From the IMG/VR virus record IMGVR_UViG_3300003583_000001, positions 9,943 through 73,942 of that record: a DNA stretch of 64,000 bases; one strand, 5' to 3'. Under the pieces are notes generated by a model. That model searched no databases, was not told the DNA's origin, and was given only the letters and a program-made list of their open reading frames with translations. Source of the stretch: a virus. A program made the position numbers and the translations under genes. Of the stretch, positions 26,758-34,503 are shown piece by piece. Numbering within the stretch: position 1 is the stretch's first letter; the number at the start of each line of letters is the position of its first letter.

Positions 26758-27219
26758 TTATTTCTCCAAATGTATGATATTAAAACCGGGTGTAGTATAT
26801 AGAAAAGTGAGTGGTTGCTGATCTGTATAGAATTCAGAATACACTAATTTTTTAATACCACTTTGATAAATCAGCTTCGCACATTCAAAGCAAGGCGAAG
26901 TCGTAGTATATAGAGTTGCTCCATTTGCAGATGAACCATATTTTGCCAGTTTCATCAAAGCATTTGCTTCTGCGTGTAACACCTCTTTTTTCGTAGTGGA
27001 TACAGCACGAAGAGTATCATAGTCTTCACAGAGATTAGGCATTCCAGTTGGCATACCGTTCCACCCCATAGAGATGATACGTTCATCTTTGACGATTACA
27101 CAACCCACCTTACGACGCTTTGCGTGAGACATTTCTGCAACACGATATGCAATGTCCATATAGAGGCGATGGTATTTGTCTTCTTTGTATGCGACCTCTT
27201 CAGCCGCAGAATAAACCAT
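26758..27219 (-). CDS. cd: dCMP deaminase
   Basis: KVGCVIVK...GWNG.P.G...HAEANA...TTSPCFECAKLI.QSGI. Confidence 0.92.
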   Translation of the reverse strand: MVYSAAEEVAYKEDKYHRLYMDIAYRVAEMSHAKRRKVGCVIVKDERIISMGWNGMPTGMPNLCEDYDTLRAVSTTKKEVLHAEANALMKLAKYGSSANGATLYTTTSPCFECAKLIYQSGIKKLVYSEFYTDQQPLTFLYTTPGFNIIHLEK

Positions 27220-27224
27220 TTTTA

Positions 27225-27386
27225 TTATCCCTTCTCAATCAAGTTCCAGACTTGCTTCCTATCATATCCCATATTGCACATTTGGTCAACAAGTTCTTCA
27301 ATGGTAATCTTACCATAGTCGAAACTTTGGATAATCTTATTGACCTTAGCGGTCCAGAAAGCCTTTGCTTCTACAACGTTATTCAT
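27225..27386 (-). CDS. hypothetical protein (53 aa)
   Basis: Manual ORF MNNVVEAKAFWTAKVNKII..., ATGA-coupled. Confidence 0.55.
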   Translation of the reverse strand: MNNVVEAKAFWTAKVNKIIQSFDYGKITIEELVDQMCNMGYDRKQVWNLIEKG

Positions 27387-27601
27387 TCGCCTTTTCCAAT
27401 CAAATATGTTTTCAAATCGACGACGTTTTCATCATTGATCATTCGAATGATGATATTCGTTACATCGATATCCATTTGAAGCATCTTCATCTTCTCCTGT
27501 AGTTCCATTAACTCTTCTTGATAGTATTTCAACTCCTTCTCTTTTTTTAGACGAGATGCGATAAGTTTATCAAGAATGATTATGTTAGTTTCTTCAGACA
27601 T
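27383..27601 (-). CDS. coiled-coil hypothetical protein
   Basis: RLKKEKELKYYQEEL.EL...II.MI..E. Confidence 0.7.
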   Translation of the reverse strand: MSEETNIIILDKLIASRLKKEKELKYYQEELMELQEKMKMLQMDIDVTNIIIRMINDENVVDLKTYLIGKGE

Positions 27602-28173
27602 TAGCGACTATAGAAGAGGTGGGCACCAATGCGCTGCTGGAATGTGTATGCTGCTGCCCAATATGGCTGAACGTAATGAGCATGATACCAAAGAGAATTA
27701 TTAGTGTTATCGTATGCGTTATCATTATCTGGTCCTTCTTCTTCACGATTCATCATTGCGACTAGTGCGATAAGAAAGTCTTCCTCATAAGCAGCAGCAT
27801 CTTTAATTCTATCAGTCTTACCATCGCAGTACCAAGAGAATTGGCACTTGTTGCGAAGTGGGTTGCCGTTCGAATCTCTCACTGCTTGATAAACAACTCC
27901 ACAGATTGTATCTGGAAACGATTTATCTCTGGCACGATTGATGACCACGTTAGCAATCGCTTCTTTCTCATCGTCTTCTTGGTGCCTTGCTTCAAAGTAG
28001 ATATTAGTTGCAAGACAATGCGCTTGGTCAATCACAGATGCGTCAGTCGTTTCATATACTATATGAAATTGCTTATCTGGATTACCAGCAGTGCTTCTAT
28101 CAGCAACGAGAGCGTAGGTTACCGCAGCCACCAGAGCAATCACGGACACCTTGTATGCTTTATTCATCACCAT
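27601..28173 (-). CDS. SleB-like cell-wall hydrolase with N-terminal membrane anchor
   Basis: CLATNIYFEAR, V.NR, FPDTICGVVYQ, CQFSWYCDG, YHA.YV.P.W, IG.HLFY. Confidence 0.9.
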   Translation of the reverse strand: MVMNKAYKVSVIALVAAVTYALVADRSTAGNPDKQFHIVYETTDASVIDQAHCLATNIYFEARHQEDDEKEAIANVVINRARDKSFPDTICGVVYQAVRDSNGNPLRNKCQFSWYCDGKTDRIKDAAAYEEDFLIALVAMMNREEEGPDNDNAYDNTNNSLWYHAHYVQPYWAAAYTFQQRIGAHLFYSR

Positions 28174-28315
28174 ACCACCAATCCATTTTGTTGAGATAGT
28201 CGTTTATCTGTTCGAGGGTCACCTCGATGATGTTATCTACACACGCCACGCTCTTGATATACTTCTGCATACCAAGGTCGATTTGGTCGTGAGAGGTGTA
28301 GTTAAACTTCATCAT
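28160..28315 (-). CDS. hypothetical protein (51 aa)
   Basis: Manual ORF MMKFNYTSHDQ..., coupled to the upstream stop. Confidence 0.5.
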   Translation of the reverse strand: MMKFNYTSHDQIDLGMQKYIKSVACVDNIIEVTLEQINDYLNKMDWWYGDE

Positions 28316-28500
28316 TACGCTTTGTATCCCATGTTGTAAAGAATGTCTAGAATGCTATCAATCGTTTCTCTGTCTGTAGCGAGGAGCTTTTGCTCTGATT
28401 CGCTGATGACTTTCTTGATAGCAGCGATTTGATCGTAACGATCTTCGTTTCCCTTCAGGGTTGCTGCTACCTGTGTTGCGAATTGATTGTGGGTGAACAT
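28315..28500 (-). CDS. hypothetical early protein
   Basis: MFTHNQF...; SD AAGGA; downstream of an early promoter. Confidence 0.65.
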   Translation of the reverse strand: MFTHNQFATQVAATLKGNEDRYDQIAAIKKVISESEQKLLATDRETIDSILDILYNMGYKA

Positions 28501-28533
28501 TTTCGAATCCTTCTTTGCTGTGTTCATATCTAT

Positions 28534-28562
28534 AATATAAGCACTCTGACAGCAAATGTCAA
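28534..28562 (-). promoter_or_regulatory. sigma70-type early promoter, repeated family
   Basis: TTGACATTTGCTGTCAGAGTGCTTATATT. Confidence 0.85.
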
Positions 28563-28582
28563 GGGTTTTTTTCAAAAAAAGA

Positions 28583-28969
28583 TTATTTTTTTGCACCCCG
28601 TCGAAACGCTTCTCGCTCAAGGCGCTTCTGCTCTAAATGCTCACGATGCTTGATACCACGCTGACAAGCATCATATGCGCCAGGATTGGTTATATAGTCA
28701 TTGCATTCGTGTTCTTGAGGATGAGGCAGATGATGATAGACAACGGTGTTAGTAGTCTTAGGCTTGTCCATATTCTCGCCTACTTTAGACCCCACAATAG
28801 CACCGACTACAGCACCACCCACAGTGGCAATGCCTCTACCAGAACCTTTGCCGATAGTATTACCGAGAAGCCCTCCAGCAACGCCACCGATAACTGTACC
28901 GCTATCTTGGTTTGTCACACAAGCAGAAACTGCAAGAGCGAACGTAACAGTGAAAAATATTTTACGCAT
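28583..28969 (-). CDS. glycine-zipper 2TM lipoprotein (17 kDa surface-antigen-like)
   Basis: Lipobox VSAC; GTVIGGVAGGLLGNTIGKGSG...GAVVGAIVG. Confidence 0.85.
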   Translation of the reverse strand: MRKIFFTVTFALAVSACVTNQDSGTVIGGVAGGLLGNTIGKGSGRGIATVGGAVVGAIVGSKVGENMDKPKTTNTVVYHHLPHPQEHECNDYITNPGAYDACQRGIKHREHLEQKRLEREAFRRGAKK

Positions 28970-29214
28970 TAGATTTCCATTTCTATTTCGTAGTCTTCGA
29001 TTACAGAGTGAGCAAGCAATCCCTCACACATTTCTCTGACCCGCTGTTCAGCGATTGCTGGGTCATCAATATCAACATCAACTTCGATAAACTTGCCTTG
29101 ACGGATTTCATTTACACCAGTGATACCCGCTTGGCTAAGAGCCATTTCAACTCCTTTGCCATGCGGGTCACGAGTGACAAATGTCTTCAAACGAATAAAG
29201 ACATTTGCTTTCAT
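28969..29214 (-). CDS. purS: FGAM synthase subunit PurS (copy 2)
   Basis: V...LK....DPHGKGVE.AL...IRQGKFIE...MCE.LLA..VIEDY. Confidence 0.88.
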   Translation of the reverse strand: MKANVFIRLKTFVTRDPHGKGVEMALSQAGITGVNEIRQGKFIEVDVDIDDPAIAEQRVREMCEGLLAHSVIEDYEIEMEI

Positions 29215-30164
29215 TATTCAGCGTCAGCGTATTCTAACGCTTTCTCTAAAGCATTCATCTTCTTCTTCTGGTTCGCACCAAACCAAGCAGACTGCATACG
29301 AGTATCGTTTGAGCGACCAGCAACGTGGTCAGTGAAGTAGGTCACTGCATTGTAAGCAGTCCACCAGGAGCCTTCAGCATACTCAGCACCAGGCTGAGTC
29401 TCAACCAACTCACGAACAGTCTCACCCGTGCGAGTGAGGTCACCCTTCGTACCAGTCTTAGTACCGAACAGTTCAGTGAGATACTCATCAAGAGAAGGAG
29501 CGTTGTAACGCTTCGAACCAAGATACTGAGCCATCTCACGATACTGGTCCATCTTGCTGTGAGCGATACCAAGAGTAGCCTTGACGCTTTCAGCATCAAA
29601 CGCTTTACGGTGGTTCAACTTTACAGCATTCTCAGCAGTCTTGCCGAGAGAGTATGTCAGCGTATTGTTACACACCACACGAATAGGAGTGAAGCGAATA
29701 TCAATCGACTTACCATACTGATGAGGGTTAGAGAACAGCAGGAACGATTCAACCTTGTCTCCGTTGAAGAGTTCAAAATCATCTTCGACCTTGGCGAGCG
29801 CCCAGACAATCTGACCATCTTTGAGAGAGCCAGCAGTGTGCATTTTCATATCACCTGCTTCAACAAACTCATTGAAGAACTCAAACGCTTCAGAGTTCTG
29901 CACTGGGTTCCAGTTAGCACCAACCTGAGTTAGCACCTTACTGTCAATGTCACGCACGAGCGCTTTTGAACCAGTCGGAATCTTCTCACCGTTGAACTCG
30001 ACGAAAGATTCGAGTTCTTCAACACGCCAGTCGAGACCAGCGAGCGCCATCATATCCATAGCAGAAGTGTCTTCAGGCACTTTAACACCCAGACCATGCC
30101 AAGGAACATCCCCAACATATGCCATCTGCGCTTCACCGTTTACGATTTCAAGTTCGTGAGCCAT
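29214..30164 (-). CDS. DUF932 / TIGR03299 phage-plasmid family protein
   Basis: MAHELE...PWHGLG...AGLDW.V...VQN.EAF.FF...TAGSL..G..VW...TPIRVVCNNTL...W.AYNAVT...DH. Confidence 0.9.
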   Translation of the reverse strand: MAHELEIVNGEAQMAYVGDVPWHGLGVKVPEDTSAMDMMALAGLDWRVEELESFVEFNGEKIPTGSKALVRDIDSKVLTQVGANWNPVQNSEAFEFFNEFVEAGDMKMHTAGSLKDGQIVWALAKVEDDFELFNGDKVESFLLFSNPHQYGKSIDIRFTPIRVVCNNTLTYSLGKTAENAVKLNHRKAFDAESVKATLGIAHSKMDQYREMAQYLGSKRYNAPSLDEYLTELFGTKTGTKGDLTRTGETVRELVETQPGAEYAEGSWWTAYNAVTYFTDHVAGRSNDTRMQSAWFGANQKKKMNALEKALEYADAE

Positions 30165-30198
30165 TTTCTTTCTTCCTTTTCAATCATTCAATATACAT

Positions 30199-30227
30199 AT
30201 TGTAACAGTTTTCAAAACAAAAGTCAA
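30199..30227 (-). promoter_or_regulatory. sigma70-type promoter
   Basis: TTGACT-17nt-TACAAT upstream of the DUF932 gene. Confidence 0.7.
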
Positions 30228-30256
30228 CCACTTTTGTGACTTTTATTTCAAAAAAG

Positions 30257-30604
30257 TTACGCTGTATGCCAACTGTCTTCATGTTCGTATTCGACGTATT
30301 CAGCACCATCATATTCACTGGTGCCGTTGATGCGAAACTTTCGCCCAGCATCTACCCAGACTATATCTAGATGTCCGGCACCACTGGTGCAAACATACGT
30401 CCATTCATCGACCTCATAGACGCTATCTTCGGACTTGATATACGCTTCAATCTCGTCACGCTTATCTTCCAAAACCAGTTTGACAATCTCAGCGTCAAAC
30501 ATCATCCAGCCGCCATAGTCTTCGTTCCAGGTACTCCAACCAGCGGTGCCATGGCTCACTAGCACAGCAACCTTGCCGTCTTCACGGATATATTTTTCGA
30601 TCAT
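30257..30604 (-). CDS. hypothetical early protein
   Basis: GKVAVLVS.G.AGWSTWN...L.IVWV..G..FRI...EYDG.E. Confidence 0.75.
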   Translation of the reverse strand: MIEKYIREDGKVAVLVSHGTAGWSTWNEDYGGWMMFDAEIVKLVLEDKRDEIEAYIKSEDSVYEVDEWTYVCTSGAGHLDIVWVDAGRKFRINGTSEYDGAEYVEYEHEDSWHTA

Positions 30605-30631
30605 GTCACTTCCTTTCATTGTCATAACTAT

Positions 30632-30660
30632 AATATAAGCATTCTGGCGGCAAATGTCAA
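30632..30660 (-). promoter_or_regulatory. sigma70-type early promoter, repeated family
   Basis: TTGACATTTGCCGCCAGAATGCTTATATT. Confidence 0.85.
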
Positions 30661-30688
30661 GCACTTTTTTGAAGTTTTTTTAAAAAAA

Positions 30689-31126
30689 TTATTCCTCACC
30701 GTCTAGGATGGCTAGAAACTCATTATAGTATGTGATTGGGTCTGTATCAAACTCTTCCATTGGAATAACTTCTTCGATGTTATTGTGTAGAGGGTGGTGG
30801 TTTCCTTGCATTCTCATGATTAAGGCTTTCGTGCATTCTACCATCAGAGCAGCATCATACCCTAGTTTCTCATCCTTGTTGATATTGAATCCCATATCTC
30901 GTAGCGAACCCAGTGTCTGCACAAGAACTTCAGTAGCAATGTCAATCGCTACTTCTACCTGCTCCTCTCGAATTCGCTCGTGTAGTTGCTCTCTGTTCTG
31001 AGGAGGCTCAAAGTCTGATGACATTCGTTTTGGAAAGAAAATAACATTTGATGCGATGGCTTCATTGTCCAACGTAAACTCCACCTCGCCAATTTCTGGG
31101 TCATCTGGTGTAAAAGTAATATCCAT
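30689..31126 (-). CDS. acidic hypothetical protein
   Basis: NVIFFP...HPLH; SD AGGAG. Confidence 0.7.
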   Translation of the reverse strand: MDITFTPDDPEIGEVEFTLDNEAIASNVIFFPKRMSSDFEPPQNREQLHERIREEQVEVAIDIATEVLVQTLGSLRDMGFNINKDEKLGYDAALMVECTKALIMRMQGNHHPLHNNIEEVIPMEEFDTDPITYYNEFLAILDGEE

Positions 31127-31190
31127 TATTCTCTCCTATATCGCTCGTATGTAAAAGTAATGTTCATTATTCTCTCCTATATCGCTCGTA
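31109..31190. repeat. 41-bp tandem duplication (2 mismatches) of a stop/SD/start junction
   Basis: TGTAAAAGTAATATCCATTATTCTCTCCTATATCGCTCGTA followed by TGTAAAAGTAATGTTCATTATTCTCTCCTATATCGCTCGTA. Confidence 0.9.
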
Positions 31191-31875
31191 GTAAAACACA
31201 GTCGCCATTGATACGACCTGTTGCAATACCTGGCTTTGTTTTGATTTCACTAAACGCTTTGATAGAACGAAGTTTAGTAGATATTAGCACACTACTAAGA
31301 ATTTCGGGTTTGCGAACCTTCTTCTTGAATGATTTATCCTCATCGAAGTTCTGTAGGGTCGTACCCTTTACAGATAGCTTCTCACCTTCTTTTGCTTGGT
31401 AGATAAACAAGTCACGATACTTCGTATTGAAAACGAATAGTACCTCGCTCTGAGGAATGACGATAGGATCAATGCTATTCAGCTTGAAGTCGCCATCAGA
31501 CTGTTTGTATTTGAGTTTTGAAACAATCTTCTCGGATGACACCTTGCGCTTCACCCGCACCTTCTTCTTGCTTGCAGCATAAGAATTAGCGTCTTCGACA
31601 AGAGTAGTCACAAATGCGAGAAACTTCTTTCGTTGTGGGAGTTTGAGATAATCGTATGATTCAACGAGGTCAGGAGTTTTATCCTCAACCAACTCTCGTA
31701 GCTCTTCCTGCAAGCGAGAATAATATTCAGCAATCTTAGCTGCATACTTCTTTGCTGGCTTCAGAACAATCAGCCTACGATACAGACTGAATTTGGACTT
31801 AGCAAAATCGTCGATGGCATTTTCACATTCGCACATCAGTTGATCATAAGTCATCTGAGATTTGTTCATCGTCAT
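31177..31875 (-). CDS. conserved T4-like phage hypothetical protein
   Basis: V.KLKY...SI.P..I....L.VFNTK.R.L..Y...LSVKGTTL..FD...RKP...GRIN....LLR. Confidence 0.8.
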   Translation of the reverse strand: MTMNKSQMTYDQLMCECENAIDDFAKSKFSLYRRLIVLKPAKKYAAKIAEYYSRLQEELRELVEDKTPDLVESYDYLKLPQRKKFLAFVTTLVEDANSYAASKKKVRVKRKVSSEKIVSKLKYKQSDGDFKLNSIDPIVIPQSEVLFVFNTKYRDLFIYQAKEGEKLSVKGTTLQNFDEDKSFKKKVRKPEILSSVLISTKLRSIKAFSEIKTKPGIATGRINGDCVLLRAI

Positions 31876-31898
31876 TCCTTTTCGTTTCTGATATATCT

Positions 31899-31927
31899 AA
31901 TATAATCATTTTAGAAACGAATGTCAA
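31899..31927 (-). promoter_or_regulatory. sigma70-type early promoter (degenerate member of the repeated family)
   Basis: TTGACATTCGTTTCTAAAATGATTATATT. Confidence 0.75.
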
Positions 31928-32340
31928 CCCTTTTTTAAAGATTTTACATGAGAGCGGTGAATTTTGCAGTTGATGATACCATTGAGATATGAGTCATCTA
32001 GCAGAACGTTTCTATCAAACTGCTCTTTAGCCTCTAGATAACCCATCTCTCCCTTGGACATACAAAGGTAAAGAATATCACGGCGAAACGCCTCTCTACC
32101 ATTTTCTAGTAGAAGACTCTTCACCAACTCAGAACTACCAAAATAGTCTTGCCAATCGGACTCAACTATCTTACGTCTTTTGCGAGTCTTACCTTTGAGT
32201 GGAGGTAAGGTCTTCTTAGACCAAAATAGCTTCTTACCAACATACTTTTTATCAGTATCTAATTGTGTAATAATATAAACGAATCCGATATAATCTTCAG
32301 GTATATCTAAGAATTCTTCACCATTGTAAAACCATGTTAT
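31924..32340 (-). CDS. GIY-YIG-family endonuclease-like protein, apparent ATA start
   Basis: Open frame ITWFYNGEE...YIGFVYIIT......YVGKK...ESDWQDYFGSS...F.R.IL...E; no ATG/GTG/TTG before the motif. Confidence 0.75.
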   Translation of the reverse strand: MTWFYNGEEFLDIPEDYIGFVYIITQLDTDKKYVGKKLFWSKKTLPPLKGKTRKRRKIVESDWQDYFGSSELVKSLLLENGREAFRRDILYLCMSKGEMGYLEAKEQFDRNVLLDDSYLNGIINCKIHRSHVKSLKKG

Positions 32341-32480
32341 TCTACCGTCTCCTCGTCATCAATCAACGTATCATCGCCACAGAAAGGGCAATAGAGAACT
32401 TCATCATATAGTTCGTGTTTGATAGTGAATACCGCTCCACACGAATCGCAAGTATGCTCTACATTATATTCATCATCCAT
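32337..32480 (-). CDS. small zinc-ribbon protein (CxxC...CPFC, 47 aa)
   Basis: Manual ORF MDDEYNVEHTCDSCG...YCPFCGDD... Confidence 0.75.
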   Translation of the reverse strand: MDDEYNVEHTCDSCGAVFTIKHELYDEVLYCPFCGDDTLIDDEETVE

Positions 32481-33438
32481 TACTCTGTCCCCAAACATCT
32501 TCCCAAGAACCACTCAGTGCTGCGGTAGCGTAGTCGGTAGAACGATTCTCGAAGAAGTTTGTGTGAGTAGGAGCGTTAATCATTTCCTCTACCCACGGCA
32601 AAGGATTCTTCTTGACTTTGAAGATGCCTCTCATACCCATAGAAATCAAACGACGGTCAGCGATGTAACGAATATATTGCTTGACTTCTGCTGCTGTGAG
32701 ATTCTCCATCTCACCCATCTGAAATGCTAGGTCAACGAAATCGTCTTCAAGTTCTACCATCTTCTCTGCGATAGAATAGATTTGACCCTTCGTATCATCA
32801 TTCCAAAGTTCTGGTTTCTCTTCAAGGTATGAACGAAACAAAGCAATGATGCCTTCGGCGTGCATCGTTTCATCAACGATAGACCAAGTAACAATCTGAC
32901 CCATGCCCTTCATCTTACCATGACGAGGAAAGTTCAGTAGCATAATGAACGAACTGAATAGTGCTAGTCCTTCAGTGAATGCAGAGATTGCAGCCATCTT
33001 GACTGGTAGCACTGCTTCGTTATCTACCTTAGCCATAAAGTATTCATGCTTCTCACGCATAGCATCATACTCTAGGAACTCATTGTATGTGCTTTCTGGC
33101 ATACCAAGAGTTTCGATTAGATGTGAATATGCAGCGATATGGATTGCTTCACGAGCAGCAAATCCCATAAGCATCATACGGACTTCTGGTTGAGGAAAGT
33201 GTGGCAGGTAGTTTTTAACGTAACCACCTGCCACGTCGATATCGGATTGCGTAAAGAACCGAAAGATTTGTACAAGAAAATATTTTTCGGCGCTTGATAA
33301 ACGATTACGCCAGTCTTTGATATCTTCCATCATCGGCACTTCACCATGCAACCAATGAGATTGCTCGTGCTTTAACCATAGATCATACATTTTAGGATAG
33401 TTAAATGGCTTAAAATAAAGCCTCTCATCGGTTAGCAT
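32473..33438 (-). CDS. nrdB: ribonucleotide reductase class I beta subunit
   Basis: KPFNYP, W...E, FFTQSD, EAIH..AYS, EG..LFSSF, DETMH, NFFE. Confidence 0.97.
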   Translation of the reverse strand: MLTDERLYFKPFNYPKMYDLWLKHEQSHWLHGEVPMMEDIKDWRNRLSSAEKYFLVQIFRFFTQSDIDVAGGYVKNYLPHFPQPEVRMMLMGFAAREAIHIAAYSHLIETLGMPESTYNEFLEYDAMREKHEYFMAKVDNEAVLPVKMAAISAFTEGLALFSSFIMLLNFPRHGKMKGMGQIVTWSIVDETMHAEGIIALFRSYLEEKPELWNDDTKGQIYSIAEKMVELEDDFVDLAFQMGEMENLTAAEVKQYIRYIADRRLISMGMRGIFKVKKNPLPWVEEMINAPTHTNFFENRSTDYATAALSGSWEDVWGQSNG

Positions 33439-33445
33439 ATGTTTT

Positions 33446-33607
33446 TTAGCCTTTCATGATTAGTGTATATGCGCCATAGGCAAGAGCGCAACCGGCGACA
33501 ATCTTAACAACTGTTACTGGCAATAGAAGCAGTACAAGACCACCGACAACCATTACTGTGCCGTCTAGTGTAGTACGCTCTGACATTCGATCTTTAAACC
33601 ATTGCAT
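33446..33607 (-). CDS. small 2-TM membrane protein
   Basis: Manual ORF MQWFKDRMSERTTLDGTVMVVGGLVLLLLP...AYGAYTLIMKG. Confidence 0.7.
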   Translation of the reverse strand: MQWFKDRMSERTTLDGTVMVVGGLVLLLLPVTVVKIVAGCALAYGAYTLIMKG

Positions 33608-33618
33608 TGTAGTTCTCC

Positions 33619-33774
33619 TTACTTTTTGATTGGAGTTGGGGTTTCGGGTACTGTAGCTGCTGGTACTGACTTCTCTACAAAGGAACTTTTAATATCAGCT
33701 CCAAATATATACACAACACCAACAACGACTGCTACGAATACCAGTCCAGCAATAACGATTTTATTCATCGTCAT
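33619..33774 (-). CDS. small membrane-anchored protein
   Basis: Manual ORF MTMNKIVIAGLVFVAVVVGVVYIFG... Confidence 0.6.
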   Translation of the reverse strand: MTMNKIVIAGLVFVAVVVGVVYIFGADIKSSFVEKSVPAATVPETPTPIKK

Positions 33775-34006
33775 CTCCTTTCTTTAGGAGGTCTATGCTC
33801 TCTTTGAGACCAGTATAACCTCCCGCTAGTAAATTTTCATTAACAAAAATCTGAGGGACTGTACGAAGATTGTATTCAGCCATGAGGTCAAAACTATCAG
33901 CCAAGTCAACCTCGGTATAGTCTAACCCATTATCCCTCAGAAGTTTCTTTGCGGCTTCGCAATAAGTACACCAATCTGATGTAACTATTTTAATGTTCAT
34001 TAGCAA
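33761..34006 (-). CDS. nrdC: glutaredoxin
   Basis: WCTYCEAAK, RTVPQIF, GGY. Confidence 0.92.
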   Translation of the reverse strand: MLMNIKIVTSDWCTYCEAAKKLLRDNGLDYTEVDLADSFDLMAEYNLRTVPQIFVNENLLAGGYTGLKESIDLLKKGDDDE

Positions 34007-34484
34007 CTCTTTTATCGTCTTCAGAGCGAGGCTTCAATGCGACCCCGTTGAGGTTTTTAATCAACCTCTCAATCAAATATCTCTTCCATTTTGAAATAGG
34101 ATACTTCACTGTTTCGGAATCAACCATCATCAAAAACAGTTCGTTGATAGCTTCTTCTGCTTCCTTTGATATTTCGTTTACCTTATTAACTTCATTATAA
34201 CAACGAAGTTTCCACGCTAGATAGTCATATGTAACATACGCCTTCCTAGCAAAATCAATATCAAGCAACTGCTTCAAACCAGGAGCCATTGGCATACAGT
34301 ATGGTTTGTAGATGAATCCCTCTGGAACAGTGAGACGAACCCAACGATACGGATGCACACCAATTTCTTTGAGTACTGGCACAAACTTTTTAACAGCTTT
34401 ATCTTCAAACGATAGCTTCTCAGTTAGTTCATAACCAACCTTTGGTGTGTTCCACGAAGTCTTCGTATCTTCAGTCATAAACAT
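33990..34484 (-). CDS. hypothetical protein
   Basis: ORF track; SD AGGAG. Confidence 0.7.
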   Translation of the reverse strand: MFMTEDTKTSWNTPKVGYELTEKLSFEDKAVKKFVPVLKEIGVHPYRWVRLTVPEGFIYKPYCMPMAPGLKQLLDIDFARKAYVTYDYLAWKLRCYNEVNKVNEISKEAEEAINELFLMMVDSETVKYPISKWKRYLIERLIKNLNGVALKPRSEDDKRVANEH

Positions 34485-34503
34485 TATAACGCTCCTTTAA
34501 TCA

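Noticed and set aside
29325-29933. Long antisense ORFs (for example 29325-29933 +, 3819-4484 -, 6353-6748 +, 43679-44098 +)
   Set aside because: They shadow well-supported genes on the opposite strand and lack SDs and recognisable motifs.
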